This document shows positions 42,265 to 50,955 of a DNA stretch of 64,000 bases, piece after piece. The stretch lies in assembly GCA_049692125.1 (NCBI GenBank), contig JBAVOO010000037.1, forward strand, positions 34,299 through 98,298, written 5' to 3'. Below the pieces are notes generated by a model. The model saw only the letters and a program-made list of their open reading frames with translations. It was not told where the DNA came from and did not search any database. Position numbers and translations under genes: made by a program. Origin of the DNA: Verrucomicrobiia bacterium (lineage in GTDB: Bacteria; Verrucomicrobiota; Verrucomicrobiia; Limisphaerales; UBA11358). Every line of letters begins with the position of its first letter. Position 1 is the stretch's first letter.

Positions 42265-44781
42265 CTATTTGGCACCTTGATTTGCTCTGTCGAAATCGGT
42301 GTTAGCACCTTCCACATCGCCTTTGGCTTTCTTCGCATCGCCGCGATTTTTGAAGGCTAAAATAAAATCCGGTTTCAATTCGATGGCTTTGCTGTAATCC
42401 GCGATGGCACCGTCGAAGTCATTTTTCCCTTTTTTGGCAACGCCGCGAAGGTTGTAGGTGTCAGCGAAGTCTGGTTTCAATTCGATGGCTTTGGTCAAAT
42501 CAGTGATGGCGCTGTCCCAGTCCCGCTTCTTTAGCTTCGCGTAGCCGCGATTGTAATAGGCTTCAAGATTATTCGGTTTCAATTCTATGACTTTGGTGTA
42601 GTCACTGATGGCGCCATCCGAATCGCCTTTGGCTTGTCTCGCATAGCCTCGATTGTTGTAGGCAGCGACATTATCTGGTTTTAATTCGATGGCTTTGGTG
42701 AAATCCGCGATGGCACCATCCAAATCGCCTTTTGCCTGCTTCGCATTGCCACGATTGTAAAAGTTATTGGCATCATCCGGGTATAATTCGATGGCTTTGG
42801 TAAAATCCGCGATGGCACCGTCGAAATCGCCTTTGGCTTGCTTCAAATTGCCGCGATTATAATAGATTTTATACTCGTCCGGTTTCAATTCGATGGCCTT
42901 TGAGAAATCAGTAATGGCGCCATCGAAATCGCCTTTGGCGTGCCTCAAATTGCCGCGATTGTTGTAGGCTTCAGCCGTGTCGGGTTTCAATTCGATGACT
43001 TTGGTGTAATCCGCAATGGCTCCGTCCACGTCGCCTTTGGCTTCCTTCGCTTTGGCTCGATTGTCATAGGGGTTGGAATAATCCGGTTTCAATTCGATGG
43101 CTTTGGTGAAATCCGCGATGGCACCGTCCACGTCGCCTTTGGTTCTCTTTACCTCGCCCCGATTATTGTATGCTTCAGAATGATCCGGTTTCAATTCGAT
43201 GGCTTTGGTGAAATCCGCGATGGCTCCCTCCACGTCGCCTTTGGCTTGCTTCGCAACGCCGCGACCATTCAATGGCTCGGCATAACCTGATTTTAATTCA
43301 ATGGCTTTGGTGAAATCCGCAATGGCTCCCTCCACGTCGCTTTTGCCGTATTTCGCACCGCCGCGATTGTTGTAGGCTTCAGAATAATCCGGTTTCAATT
43401 CGATGGCTTTCGTGAAATCTTCAATGGCACCGCTTATTTCACCCTTGCCATATTTTGCATCGCCGCGAGCGAAGTAGGCGTCAGCATAATCCGGCTTCAT
43501 CTCGATGGCCTTGGTGAAATCAGCGATGGCACCATTCCAGTCGCCTTGAGCATATTCGGCATTGCCACGATTGTAGAAGGCTTTGGCATCATTCGGTTTC
43601 AATTCTATAACTTTTGTGTAAGCTTCAATGGCGCCGTTCACGTTGCCTTTGGTTCTCTTTACCACGCCTTGATTGAAGTATGCTTCAGAATAATCTGGTT
43701 TCAATTCGATGGCTTTTGTGAAGTCCTCGATGGCACCGTCCAAGTCACCTTTGGCTTGTTTCACAATGCCGCGATTGTTGTATGGGTCAGCAAAAGTTGG
43801 CTTTAATTTGATGGCTTCGTCGTAATCCGCGATGGCTCCGTTCCAGTCGACTTTGGCGTATTTTCCATTGCCGCGATCGCTGAAGGCCTCCGCAAAATCA
43901 GGTTTTAATTCAATGGCTTTGGTGTAATCCACGATGGCACCGTCTAAATCGCCTTTGGCTTGTTTGGCAATGCCGCGACTGTAGTAGGCTCTAGGATCAT
44001 CTGGTTTTAATTGAACAACTTTGGTGAAATCTGCAATGGCACCGTCTAAATCGCCTTTTGCTTGCATTGCAACGCCGCGATTGTTGTAGGGTCCAGCCAA
44101 ATCCGGGTTCAACGCGATGGCTCCGGAGAAATCCCGAATGGCATCGTCCAAATCGCCCGCTTCTTTCTCCGCATTACCGCGATTGTAATAGGCATCAGCA
44201 TAACCCGGTTTATGTATGATGGCTTGGGTGAAATCCGTGACGGCACCGGCCAAATCGCCTTTTGCTTGCTTCGCGCCACCGCGATTGTTGTAAGGTTCAG
44301 CCAAATCTGGTTTCAGCGCGATGGCTCTGGAGAAATCCGCAATGGCATCGCTCAAATTACCTTTGACACATTCTGCATTGCCACGATTGTTGTAGGCGGC
44401 GGCATTATCCGGTTTTAATTCGATGGCTTTGGTGAAATCCGCAATGGCACCGGCCAAATCGCCTTTTGCTTGCTTCGCACTGCCGCGATTGTTGTAGGGT
44501 TCAGCCAAATCTGGTTTCAACGCGATGGCTCTGGAGAAATCCGGGATGGCATCGCTCCAATTACCTTTGGCATATTTTGCATTTCCGCGATTGTAGTAGG
44601 CGGCAGCATTATTCGGTTTTAATTCGATGGCTTTGGTGAAATCCGCGATGGCACCGTCCAAATCACCATTATTAAATTCCGCATTGCCGTGATTCAAGTA
44701 GGCGGCAGTCTTAACGGAGCGGCTGGTGGCGCAGCCTGTTAGCGCCATCAGACAGGCGAGGAGCAGAAGTTTTATTTTCAT
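42265..44781 (-). CDS. TPR-repeat lipoprotein (about two dozen tandem 34-aa units)
   Basis: 838 aa with the lipobox MKIKLLLLACLMALTGC. It then has near-uniform units of the form AYYNRGNAK.AKGD.DGAIADFTKAIELKPD. All listed + strand ORFs here are antisense artefacts. Confidence 0.9.
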   Translation of the reverse strand: MKIKLLLLACLMALTGCATSRSVKTAAYLNHGNAEFNNGDLDGAIADFTKAIELKPNNAAAYYNRGNAKYAKGNWSDAIPDFSRAIALKPDLAEPYNNRGSAKQAKGDLAGAIADFTKAIELKPDNAAAYNNRGNAECVKGNLSDAIADFSRAIALKPDLAEPYNNRGGAKQAKGDLAGAVTDFTQAIIHKPGYADAYYNRGNAEKEAGDLDDAIRDFSGAIALNPDLAGPYNNRGVAMQAKGDLDGAIADFTKVVQLKPDDPRAYYSRGIAKQAKGDLDGAIVDYTKAIELKPDFAEAFSDRGNGKYAKVDWNGAIADYDEAIKLKPTFADPYNNRGIVKQAKGDLDGAIEDFTKAIELKPDYSEAYFNQGVVKRTKGNVNGAIEAYTKVIELKPNDAKAFYNRGNAEYAQGDWNGAIADFTKAIEMKPDYADAYFARGDAKYGKGEISGAIEDFTKAIELKPDYSEAYNNRGGAKYGKSDVEGAIADFTKAIELKSGYAEPLNGRGVAKQAKGDVEGAIADFTKAIELKPDHSEAYNNRGEVKRTKGDVDGAIADFTKAIELKPDYSNPYDNRAKAKEAKGDVDGAIADYTKVIELKPDTAEAYNNRGNLRHAKGDFDGAITDFSKAIELKPDEYKIYYNRGNLKQAKGDFDGAIADFTKAIELYPDDANNFYNRGNAKQAKGDLDGAIADFTKAIELKPDNVAAYNNRGYARQAKGDSDGAISDYTKVIELKPNNLEAYYNRGYAKLKKRDWDSAITDLTKAIELKPDFADTYNLRGVAKKGKNDFDGAIADYSKAIELKPDFILAFKNRGDAKKAKGDVEGANTDFDRANQGAK
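42300..44700. repeat. 102-bp-period tandem DNA repeat (coding, TPR units)
   Basis: Strings such as ggtttcaattcgatggctttggtgaaatccgcgatggcaccgtc recur nearly verbatim about every 102 nt across the gene. Confidence 0.85.
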
Positions 44782-44912
44782 GACAGATTTAGCGCGCCCA
44801 TTTCCGTTTGAATTCGGCGGCGGTCATGCGAGCAGATTGTGAGACGATTTTTCCCGGCGCGGCATGGCCGGACGTTATCAAAGGGAATGAGAATCGGCAA
44901 GAATCACTGACT

Positions 44913-46004
44913 TCACTTCTGCGGCGTCACGCCAAAACTCACGCGCTTGATTTGCTCCAAGCTGTGCGCTTGCTGCAAATGCGAACAGGTTTTCATCAGC
45001 AGCGCGCCGCCGTCCCTGTGGCCAAGCCAGTGCGCGACGGTCGGGATGTCCACGCCGCTTTCGATGGCGCACGTTGCGAAGTAGTGACGCAAGGAATGAT
45101 GATGGAAATTCGGCAGGCCGAGATTGCGGCAGGCCGTCTCAATGCACTTGCGCGCCGTCGCGTTTTTCACAACAAACGCATCCGGCGCAACCGCGCCGCG
45201 TTCGCGCTTTATCCGTTCCAGCAAGACGCGCAATTCATCGGAAAGCGGCATGGTGCGTTGCTCGTAATTCTTCGTGCCGCGCTCGCCGCCGGTTACCGTG
45301 AACCCGCCGCGCGCAAAGTTCACGTCACGCCAGCGGAGCGAGCGCGCCTCGTTCAATCTCATTCCCGAATACGCCAGCAGTTCCACCAAATCCGCGCCGT
45401 CTTTTCCCCTGCCCTGCGACTCCGTGCGGATTGCGGACATGATGTTTTGAAACTGTTCGCGCGTCGGCACGGTGGGCTTTCCCGGCACGATGCGGCGGCG
45501 TTTGATGCCAGTAGCCGGATTGTGGAGAATCAGCCCTTGCTCCATTGCGTATTTGAATACGGCGCGCATGATGCTCAGTTCATGGGCGAAGGTTTGCGGC
45601 GCGATTGTTTTGCCTCGTTCAGTCAGCCACGCTTCACAGTGGCACGCCGTCACGTTGCGGATGGATTGCCCGGAGACGAACGGCACAATGGCCTTCAGGC
45701 ACGTTTGGCGGTGACGAATTGTGCCTTCCTTCAGCGCGTGCCGCGTGGTTTCAAGCCAGCGGGCGGCAACCTCATCAAAAGTTACATTTGCGGCCCCGGC
45801 TGGCGCGAGCCGGTTAATATCGCGCTCCAAGTCGGCAAGGCGGCGTTTGGCGAACGCCTTGTCAGTGGTTTTGAGCGAGCGGCGAAATTGCTTGCGGCCT
45901 TTTTTGAAGAACGCATAATAAACGCCCGATGTTTTGCGGCGTCTCAAATTTTCGCCAGCGTATTGCCAGTCGCCTTTCGGGGATTCAGGCGCGTTCAAGC
46001 TCAT
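44913..46004 (-). CDS. tyrosine-recombinase-family integrase with the presumed catalytic Tyr replaced by Cys
   Basis: 363 aa. Box I is SGMRLNEARSLRWRDV and box II is HHHSLRHYFATCAIESGVDIPTVAHWLGHRDGGALLMKTCSHL. Where the family has ..KTYGHL.. the codon is TGT (44985-44987). It is adjacent and divergent to tRNA-Gly. Confidence 0.88.
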   Translation of the reverse strand: MSLNAPESPKGDWQYAGENLRRRKTSGVYYAFFKKGRKQFRRSLKTTDKAFAKRRLADLERDINRLAPAGAANVTFDEVAARWLETTRHALKEGTIRHRQTCLKAIVPFVSGQSIRNVTACHCEAWLTERGKTIAPQTFAHELSIMRAVFKYAMEQGLILHNPATGIKRRRIVPGKPTVPTREQFQNIMSAIRTESQGRGKDGADLVELLAYSGMRLNEARSLRWRDVNFARGGFTVTGGERGTKNYEQRTMPLSDELRVLLERIKRERGAVAPDAFVVKNATARKCIETACRNLGLPNFHHHSLRHYFATCAIESGVDIPTVAHWLGHRDGGALLMKTCSHLQQAHSLEQIKRVSFGVTPQK

Positions 46005-46038
46005 TACGACTTATAAAATCCGCATAAATAAAGGAAAT

Positions 46039-46112
46039 GCGGGCGTAGTTCAATGGTAGAACGGAAGCCTTCCAAGCTTCACACGTGGGTTCGATTCCCA
46101 TCGCCCGCTCCA
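46039..46112 (+). tRNA. tRNA-Gly (anticodon TCC)
   Basis: Acceptor GCGGGCG/CGCCCGC, D-arm GTTC-AATGGTA-GAAC, anticodon arm GAAGC-CTTCCAA-GCTTC (anticodon TCC), T-arm GTGGG-TTCGATT-CCCAT, discriminator T and CCA. Confidence 0.92.
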
Positions 46113-46331
46113 ATATCAAATTGGAGCAATGAAATCAATGTGCTTGTGAGTTTTTAGCGGTTTAAAAATGCATCACTGCCAACAAATCCACCGATGTTTG
46201 CGGGTGTCAGGACTCAATTTAAGGCGTTCCGATTCTCTCGGTGCGAGAATGTTTCAAAGGGAACCCGGTCACTCCAGTCTTGACTGTCTTTGCAGCAAGG
46301 ATGAACGGAGACTTCTTGCGTGCTTGTATCT

Positions 46332-47216
46332 CTATTGGGACCAACTGACGGAGAAGGCTGTACCATTATCGAGCAAGGCAGATGGCGTAGCTTGCCCGCC
46401 ACTCGGGTCAATCATGGTCAGAGGATCGTAAGGCCAGAAGCTAATGGCCTCGGGTTTCCCCCTGCTGCCAGTTGAAGTTGCATTGCACCCGGAGAAACTG
46501 ACGCTGCCAAAGTCCGCCAGTGGCAAAATCTCCTCTGACGAGGGCGCTTCCGCGACCCATTCGGCTGAGGCCCGCGCCGCCGAAGCGATAGTTGTATAGC
46601 TGGTGGGAACGGAAAAGGACACGTTTTTTGTGGTGTTCTTAATGGTGAGCTGGAAAACGCTCTCTTTCACGCTCCTTCTCCTGCCCATTTGCACGTTGCT
46701 CTGTCCCACGTACTGCACTTGCGCGCTTATCGAGTCCCCTGGATCCACCGGAAAACCCTCGATCTCGTAAGCACCACTTGGGTACATTTCAAACCAAACA
46801 TAGTTTTGCTGCCCTTCTCCCGTCCAGTCCTGCTCGGTCCCAATCTGCTCGACCGTTCCGTTGTCATAGCCATCAAGGCCTACCCAGGTGGACGAATAGG
46901 TGGTGCTCCGTTTATTGCCCGTCACGGTAGGAACCGTCCAAGTGCCTTGCACGTCGCTGAAGATATCGCTGACGCCACGCGTGTCCAGCGGCACTGCATA
47001 GCCGCTCCAGTTTCCGCTGGTGGATTCCCAAAGGCGGATACGGGGCATGCCAGCCTGCTGGTGATGCACGGCACTGAAGGAAATCCGTTTCAAAACATAG
47101 CCCGTCTGAGACAGACGGCTCGTGCTGGGTTGAACGGGTGTGGTCGGACTTGTTTGGAGTCCGACAGCCGCAGCAATAAGCGCGACCGCTACCAAGAAAC
47201 GCGTTACGCTCTTCAT
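46332..47216 (-). CDS. secreted glutamic peptidase, eqolisin family (MEROPS G1 / Pfam Peptidase_A4)
   Basis: 294 aa with a signal peptide. It is collinear with my memory of aspergilloglutamic/scytalidoglutamic peptidases: SGNWSGYAV, STWVGLDGYDNGTVEQIGTE (catalytic Gln region), NYVWFEMYPSGAYEI, SAEWVAEAP (catalytic Glu region), LADFGSVSFSGCNAT. Confidence 0.85.
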   Translation of the reverse strand: MKSVTRFLVAVALIAAAVGLQTSPTTPVQPSTSRLSQTGYVLKRISFSAVHHQQAGMPRIRLWESTSGNWSGYAVPLDTRGVSDIFSDVQGTWTVPTVTGNKRSTTYSSTWVGLDGYDNGTVEQIGTEQDWTGEGQQNYVWFEMYPSGAYEIEGFPVDPGDSISAQVQYVGQSNVQMGRRRSVKESVFQLTIKNTTKNVSFSVPTSYTTIASAARASAEWVAEAPSSEEILPLADFGSVSFSGCNATSTGSRGKPEAISFWPYDPLTMIDPSGGQATPSALLDNGTAFSVSWSQ

Positions 47217-47504
47217 AATTTCAGGATTTGGGTTCGTGGTGATTGGCGGCTAATAAATCGTAATTATCCGACATTTCCCATATGGCCTTACGCCCACGTC
47301 CATCCGGTTGATTCAGTCTCATTGACCAACATCTTATCGGTTCTGCCAGTTCCGTCAAGCCCGGCTCCGGGAGTTTTACCTCCATGATTCTGCGCCCGGA
47401 GAATTGCTTTGCGAAGATGATGGCAAATTCACGGGCGCGGCTTGCGAATGTCCATGACTGCGATTGACAGCAGAAGCAGCACGGCGGCGGCGTCAACGAT
47501 TAGC

Positions 47505-47575
47505 GGAGCGACGGGATTTTTTCGATGGCGGCGCGGAGCTTTTCGAGTTCGTGGCGAATGTAGCCGCGATGGACG
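47505..47575 (-). pseudogene. integrase 3' remnant 1 (last ~23 codons only)
   Basis: The reverse strand reads ..HRGYIRHELEKLRAAIEKIPSLR-stop. Its nucleotide sequence parallels 50392-50465 (gacgggatttttt..ggcagcgcggagcttttc.agttc.tgg..gtag.cgcgatg.acgg). Confidence 0.7.
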
Positions 47576-47593
47576 GCTTATCGCCCGGAAAAT

Positions 47594-50251
47594 TTAATCC
47601 TCATCCACGATTTTCACCGCCCATTCGGGATACGGCTTCGTGCCCATCGTCGCGCGCCAGAGAATGCGGTTGAGCACGTCTTCCGGGCATTGATCGGGCT
47701 TCTTCAATGGCAGCCGCGCAGAAACATAGGCATCCTTGCGCCTTTGCGCGTCGGAAATCTGCTTCGGCGCCGGATTCATCTCGTCCAGCGGGACGTTGTT
47801 CGTCACGGTATCGAACGCGGTGAAGTCCGGCGTGTTGGTGAAACAGTCAAACAGGGGTGTCGCCGTCGCGTCCAGCTGGTTCATCGGCGGCAGGCCGAGC
47901 ATCAATTCCATCGTGCGCAGCAGACTGGTCTGGTTGTATTGCGTGCTGATGGTCACACCGCGTTTCGTGTAGGGACTGGCGACGTAAGCGGTCGTGCGAT
48001 AACCGCTGACGTGGTCCGCGCCGGACTGCGGATCGTCTTCCACCGCAAAAATGCAGGTGTTCGTCCAAAATCGGCTGTGGCTGACGGCGTCAACAATCTG
48101 GCCCAGCGCCAAGTCGTTGTCGGCAACCTGCGCCTCGGGCGTGGGCGAGCCAAACCGCGTTCCGCTGGTGTGATCACTGGGCAGCCAGAGGATGATGAAG
48201 TCCGGCAGATTGCCCGTCTGCTCAAACTGTTTCAAATCCTTGATAAACTGCGCGGCGCGGAAAACGTCCGGCACGTCCAGGTCCCAGCCCGCTGTGTTCG
48301 TGGCCGTGAAGGGCTGGAGCGACGCGACATTCGGTCCGCAGGCGTAGGCAATGGCGTTTGAGCCGTCCATGAAATCGCGGTAGCAGGCGAGGAAATTCAG
48401 CGCGCCTTTTTGGGCGGGATTTTTCCAGGCTTTGTGTGTCCAGGTGAATTCACCATAGTCGCGCACCGTTTTGCCATGCGCCAGGGCATCATCCCAAATG
48501 CAACCTGCGGGCGACAAAGCCATCGCGTCGTCTCCCCCGAACGGATAACTCCGCGGCCAGCCGCTGGCGCCGGAGCGCTCGATATAATCGCTCGCCAGCG
48601 CGCTGTCGGCCCATTGATGGCCGTCCGCACTCACCATGCCGCAGCAATAGGTGTTGTCGAGCAGCACGAAATCGCGGACGAGCTTGTGTTCATTCGGTGT
48701 CACGCGTTTGCCAAAATTACAAAGGCCGGCGTCGCCATTGCCAGTTTTCACGTCGCCAAGAATCTGGTCGTAGGTGCGGTTTTCCTTGATGATATAAACG
48801 ACGTGCTGGAACACGCTCGGTTCGCCAACGCGTTCAGGAACGGGTTGGGCGCTCTGATTCTTGCGTGGCGGCAATTTCGCCTGCGCCAGCAACGGATAGC
48901 GTAAATCCGCCAGCGCCGTTTGCGTGAACTCCGCCAGTTTTTTGGCCGACGGCACGGCGACCAGGGAAAGCGTGTTGTAGTATTGGCCGATATTGAAAGG
49001 CCCGGTGCCCCGGTTCAGACCTTTGAGATTGGCGACATCAATTTGTTTGCGGCTGGCATCGAAGGCAATCGCGCCAGGAAACCAGCCGACGGGAATCAAT
49101 CCGAGTAATTTTGATTTGCCGGGATCAAATTGAACCACCGCGACAGCGTTCTGCGTGCCATTGCAGACAAAAAGCTTTTTGCCGGATTTGTCAAACACCA
49201 GGGCGTTCGGCTGCGCTCCAAACGGATCACCCGGATTCTGCCGGGCGAAAATCGTCTCCACGATTTTGTCCGTGCGCGTATCCATGACGTCCAACGTGTC
49301 GCTGCCCGCGTTGGCGACCACCAGGAATTTTCCGTCCGGTGACAACGCCAGCGCGCAGGTGTGCAAGCCGGTGACAATTTCCGTTTGATGGGTGCCGGCC
49401 AAATCAATCACCGAAACCGAGCCTTCGCTGGCGATGGAACGAACCGGATCCACCCGCACCCGCGTGCCCAGCCCCGCCGGGCCGGTGAGGTCATCCGCCG
49501 CCGCCCGCCGCCCGCCCCAGTTGCTGACATAAATTTTTTTGCCGGCCACGACCACGTCGAACGGCGCGACGCCGACCTCCCACAGCCGCAGGACTTTTCC
49601 CGTCGCCGCATCCAGTTCGGCAAGGCGGTTGGAAAGGTTCAGCGCGACGTAAATTTTTTTGCCGTCCGGTGAAACAGCAATGCCCGTGGGAATTTCCCCC
49701 TTGCGGCCGGGCGCATTGGCCGGCGGCAGCGCGATGGAAAACAGCGGTGAAACGAATTTGTCTTCGGCGACATCGAAGACCTTGATGTCGCCATTGACAT
49801 TGGACAAATAAATACGCGAGCCATCAGGTGAAAAGGTCAGGCCGTTGAAACTCAACTGCGCCTTTCCGTCCGGGTCCAGAATCGCCGCCGACACCGGAGC
49901 CGTTTCCTGAGCTTGATCAGACGGCAACGGAACGCGCTGCAAGATTTTTCCTGTTTGAGTCCCGATGACAATCAGTTGATGCAACTGGCCGGCCGTCACG
50001 AGCAGGCTGTGGTCGGGACTCAAAGCCAGCGCGTGCGGCCGCATGGGTGGAAGCTCGATCTGCCAGCCGGCAGGCGTGAGGATTTGGTTGACCGGCGTGA
50101 CAAACTTGTTTTGGATAAACCCACTGTGGCTGGGGCCAACGGTTTCAGCCGTTGCGTCAAAATTATCCACCGCTTCTGCCACCCGCATGGCGTTGACCAT
50201 AAAAAACGACGCGAGCAGACAAAAACAGCGGACGGCGAGCTTATGTTTCAT
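47594..50251 (-). CDS. secreted YVTN/YncE-type beta-propeller fused to a phosphoesterase-family (PLC/AcpA-like) domain
   Basis: 885 aa with a signal peptide. The N-terminal half has repeated ..SPDG..lyv.N......v.v.D.. propeller blades. The C-terminal half starts VFQHVVYIIKENRTYDQILGD, the phosphoesterase-family N-terminal motif, and contains ..FIILWLPSDHTSG.... Confidence 0.85.
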   Translation of the reverse strand: MKHKLAVRCFCLLASFFMVNAMRVAEAVDNFDATAETVGPSHSGFIQNKFVTPVNQILTPAGWQIELPPMRPHALALSPDHSLLVTAGQLHQLIVIGTQTGKILQRVPLPSDQAQETAPVSAAILDPDGKAQLSFNGLTFSPDGSRIYLSNVNGDIKVFDVAEDKFVSPLFSIALPPANAPGRKGEIPTGIAVSPDGKKIYVALNLSNRLAELDAATGKVLRLWEVGVAPFDVVVAGKKIYVSNWGGRRAAADDLTGPAGLGTRVRVDPVRSIASEGSVSVIDLAGTHQTEIVTGLHTCALALSPDGKFLVVANAGSDTLDVMDTRTDKIVETIFARQNPGDPFGAQPNALVFDKSGKKLFVCNGTQNAVAVVQFDPGKSKLLGLIPVGWFPGAIAFDASRKQIDVANLKGLNRGTGPFNIGQYYNTLSLVAVPSAKKLAEFTQTALADLRYPLLAQAKLPPRKNQSAQPVPERVGEPSVFQHVVYIIKENRTYDQILGDVKTGNGDAGLCNFGKRVTPNEHKLVRDFVLLDNTYCCGMVSADGHQWADSALASDYIERSGASGWPRSYPFGGDDAMALSPAGCIWDDALAHGKTVRDYGEFTWTHKAWKNPAQKGALNFLACYRDFMDGSNAIAYACGPNVASLQPFTATNTAGWDLDVPDVFRAAQFIKDLKQFEQTGNLPDFIILWLPSDHTSGTRFGSPTPEAQVADNDLALGQIVDAVSHSRFWTNTCIFAVEDDPQSGADHVSGYRTTAYVASPYTKRGVTISTQYNQTSLLRTMELMLGLPPMNQLDATATPLFDCFTNTPDFTAFDTVTNNVPLDEMNPAPKQISDAQRRKDAYVSARLPLKKPDQCPEDVLNRILWRATMGTKPYPEWAVKIVDED

Positions 50252-50391
50252 GCAACCGAAACACTAACGCTGCCGGGTTTGATTTCAACCGGAAATTCTG
50301 CTGCGTGCCGGTGAAGGTGAACCATTCTCCGCCTTTTTCCGGGGTCAAAGTGCGAACTGAACCCCCCGCGTGTGGCAAATTGAATTCAGCG

Positions 50392-50680
50392 AAGTGACGG
50401 GATTTTTTCCACGGCAGCGCGGAGCTTTTCAAGTTCATGGTGGGCGTAGTCGCGATGAACGGATCCGGTTTTATGGCCGGTGAGTTTCATCCGCAATTCC
50501 GGCGCAACGCCTGATTCGCCAGCGCGCTTGTGAAACTGTGCCGCAACGCATGAAACGTGCGGCGGGAAAGTTGCCGCACGCCCGCGCTTTTCGTCGCAAC
50601 ACGCCTTCGGTTTCTGATGGGTAGCGAGGGCCGGAACGACTTCGTCGGCCTTTTACATTTCGCTATCAAGGTGAACAAGT
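50392..50680 (-). pseudogene. integrase C-terminal remnant 2 (frameshifted)
   Basis: The reverse strand gives ..KSAGVRQLSRRTFHALRHSFTSALANQ. After a 1-nt frame change it continues GVAPELRMKLTGHKTGSVHRDYAHHELEKLRAAVEKIPSLR-stop (box II H-x-x-R, GH and Y present). It is a different family from the intact integrase at 44913..46004. Confidence 0.75.
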
Positions 50681-50918
50681 CTTGCGGTTAAGTGCGCAGC
50701 CGGCGAGCCTGGCGAAAACTTCAGAGGCAATGCGCGCGCAGCCGCAAGTCTTGTGAGAGGGCGGGTGATTTCAATGCGCGAAACGAGCACACGAGCGGAG
50801 ACGAAACCAAGGGTCAGTACAAGCAGCGTCTGGAATCTGTGCGTGCCCTTGGGTATGATTGTCTTGAGCTTGTGGCGGAACTGATTGATTTTGTGCCGCT
50901 TGTGAATGTCCAACGCAA

Positions 50919-50943
50919 GGTTCGATTCCCATCGCCCGCTCCA
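50919..50943 (+). repeat. direct repeat of the tRNA-Gly 3' end (att-like island boundary)
   Basis: It is a 25/25 match to 46088-46112. Weaker similarity may extend 5' (tccaacgcaa versus tccaagcttcacacgtg), suggesting a truncated tRNA remnant. Confidence 0.85.
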
Positions 50944-50955
50944 GTTTTCAAAATT

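Larger units (their letters stand above)
46088..50943. mobile_element. decayed genomic island(s) integrated at the 3' end of tRNA-Gly, bounded by a 25-bp direct repeat
   Basis: ggttcgattcccatcgcccgctcca occurs at 46088-46112 (the tRNA 3' end) and again at 50919-50943. The interval holds two cargo genes and two integrase 3' remnants, and its non-coding parts are AT-rich. Confidence 0.75.

Noticed and set aside
42300-44700. Regular ~102-bp repeats, considered as a possible CRISPR-like or satellite array
   Set aside because: The period equals 34 codons. The repeats are contiguous without unique spacers and translate into perfect TPR units within one long ORF, so this is a coding tandem repeat, not a CRISPR array.
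44913-46004. The intact integrase as the agent of the 46088-50943 island
   Set aside because: It lies on the 5' side of the tRNA, outside the direct repeats. It is of a different family from the two integrase remnants inside the island, and it appears to lack the catalytic Tyr.
44808-46016. 402-aa + ORF opposite the integrase
   Set aside because: The minus frame carries the tyrosine-recombinase box I and box II motifs. The + frame has none.
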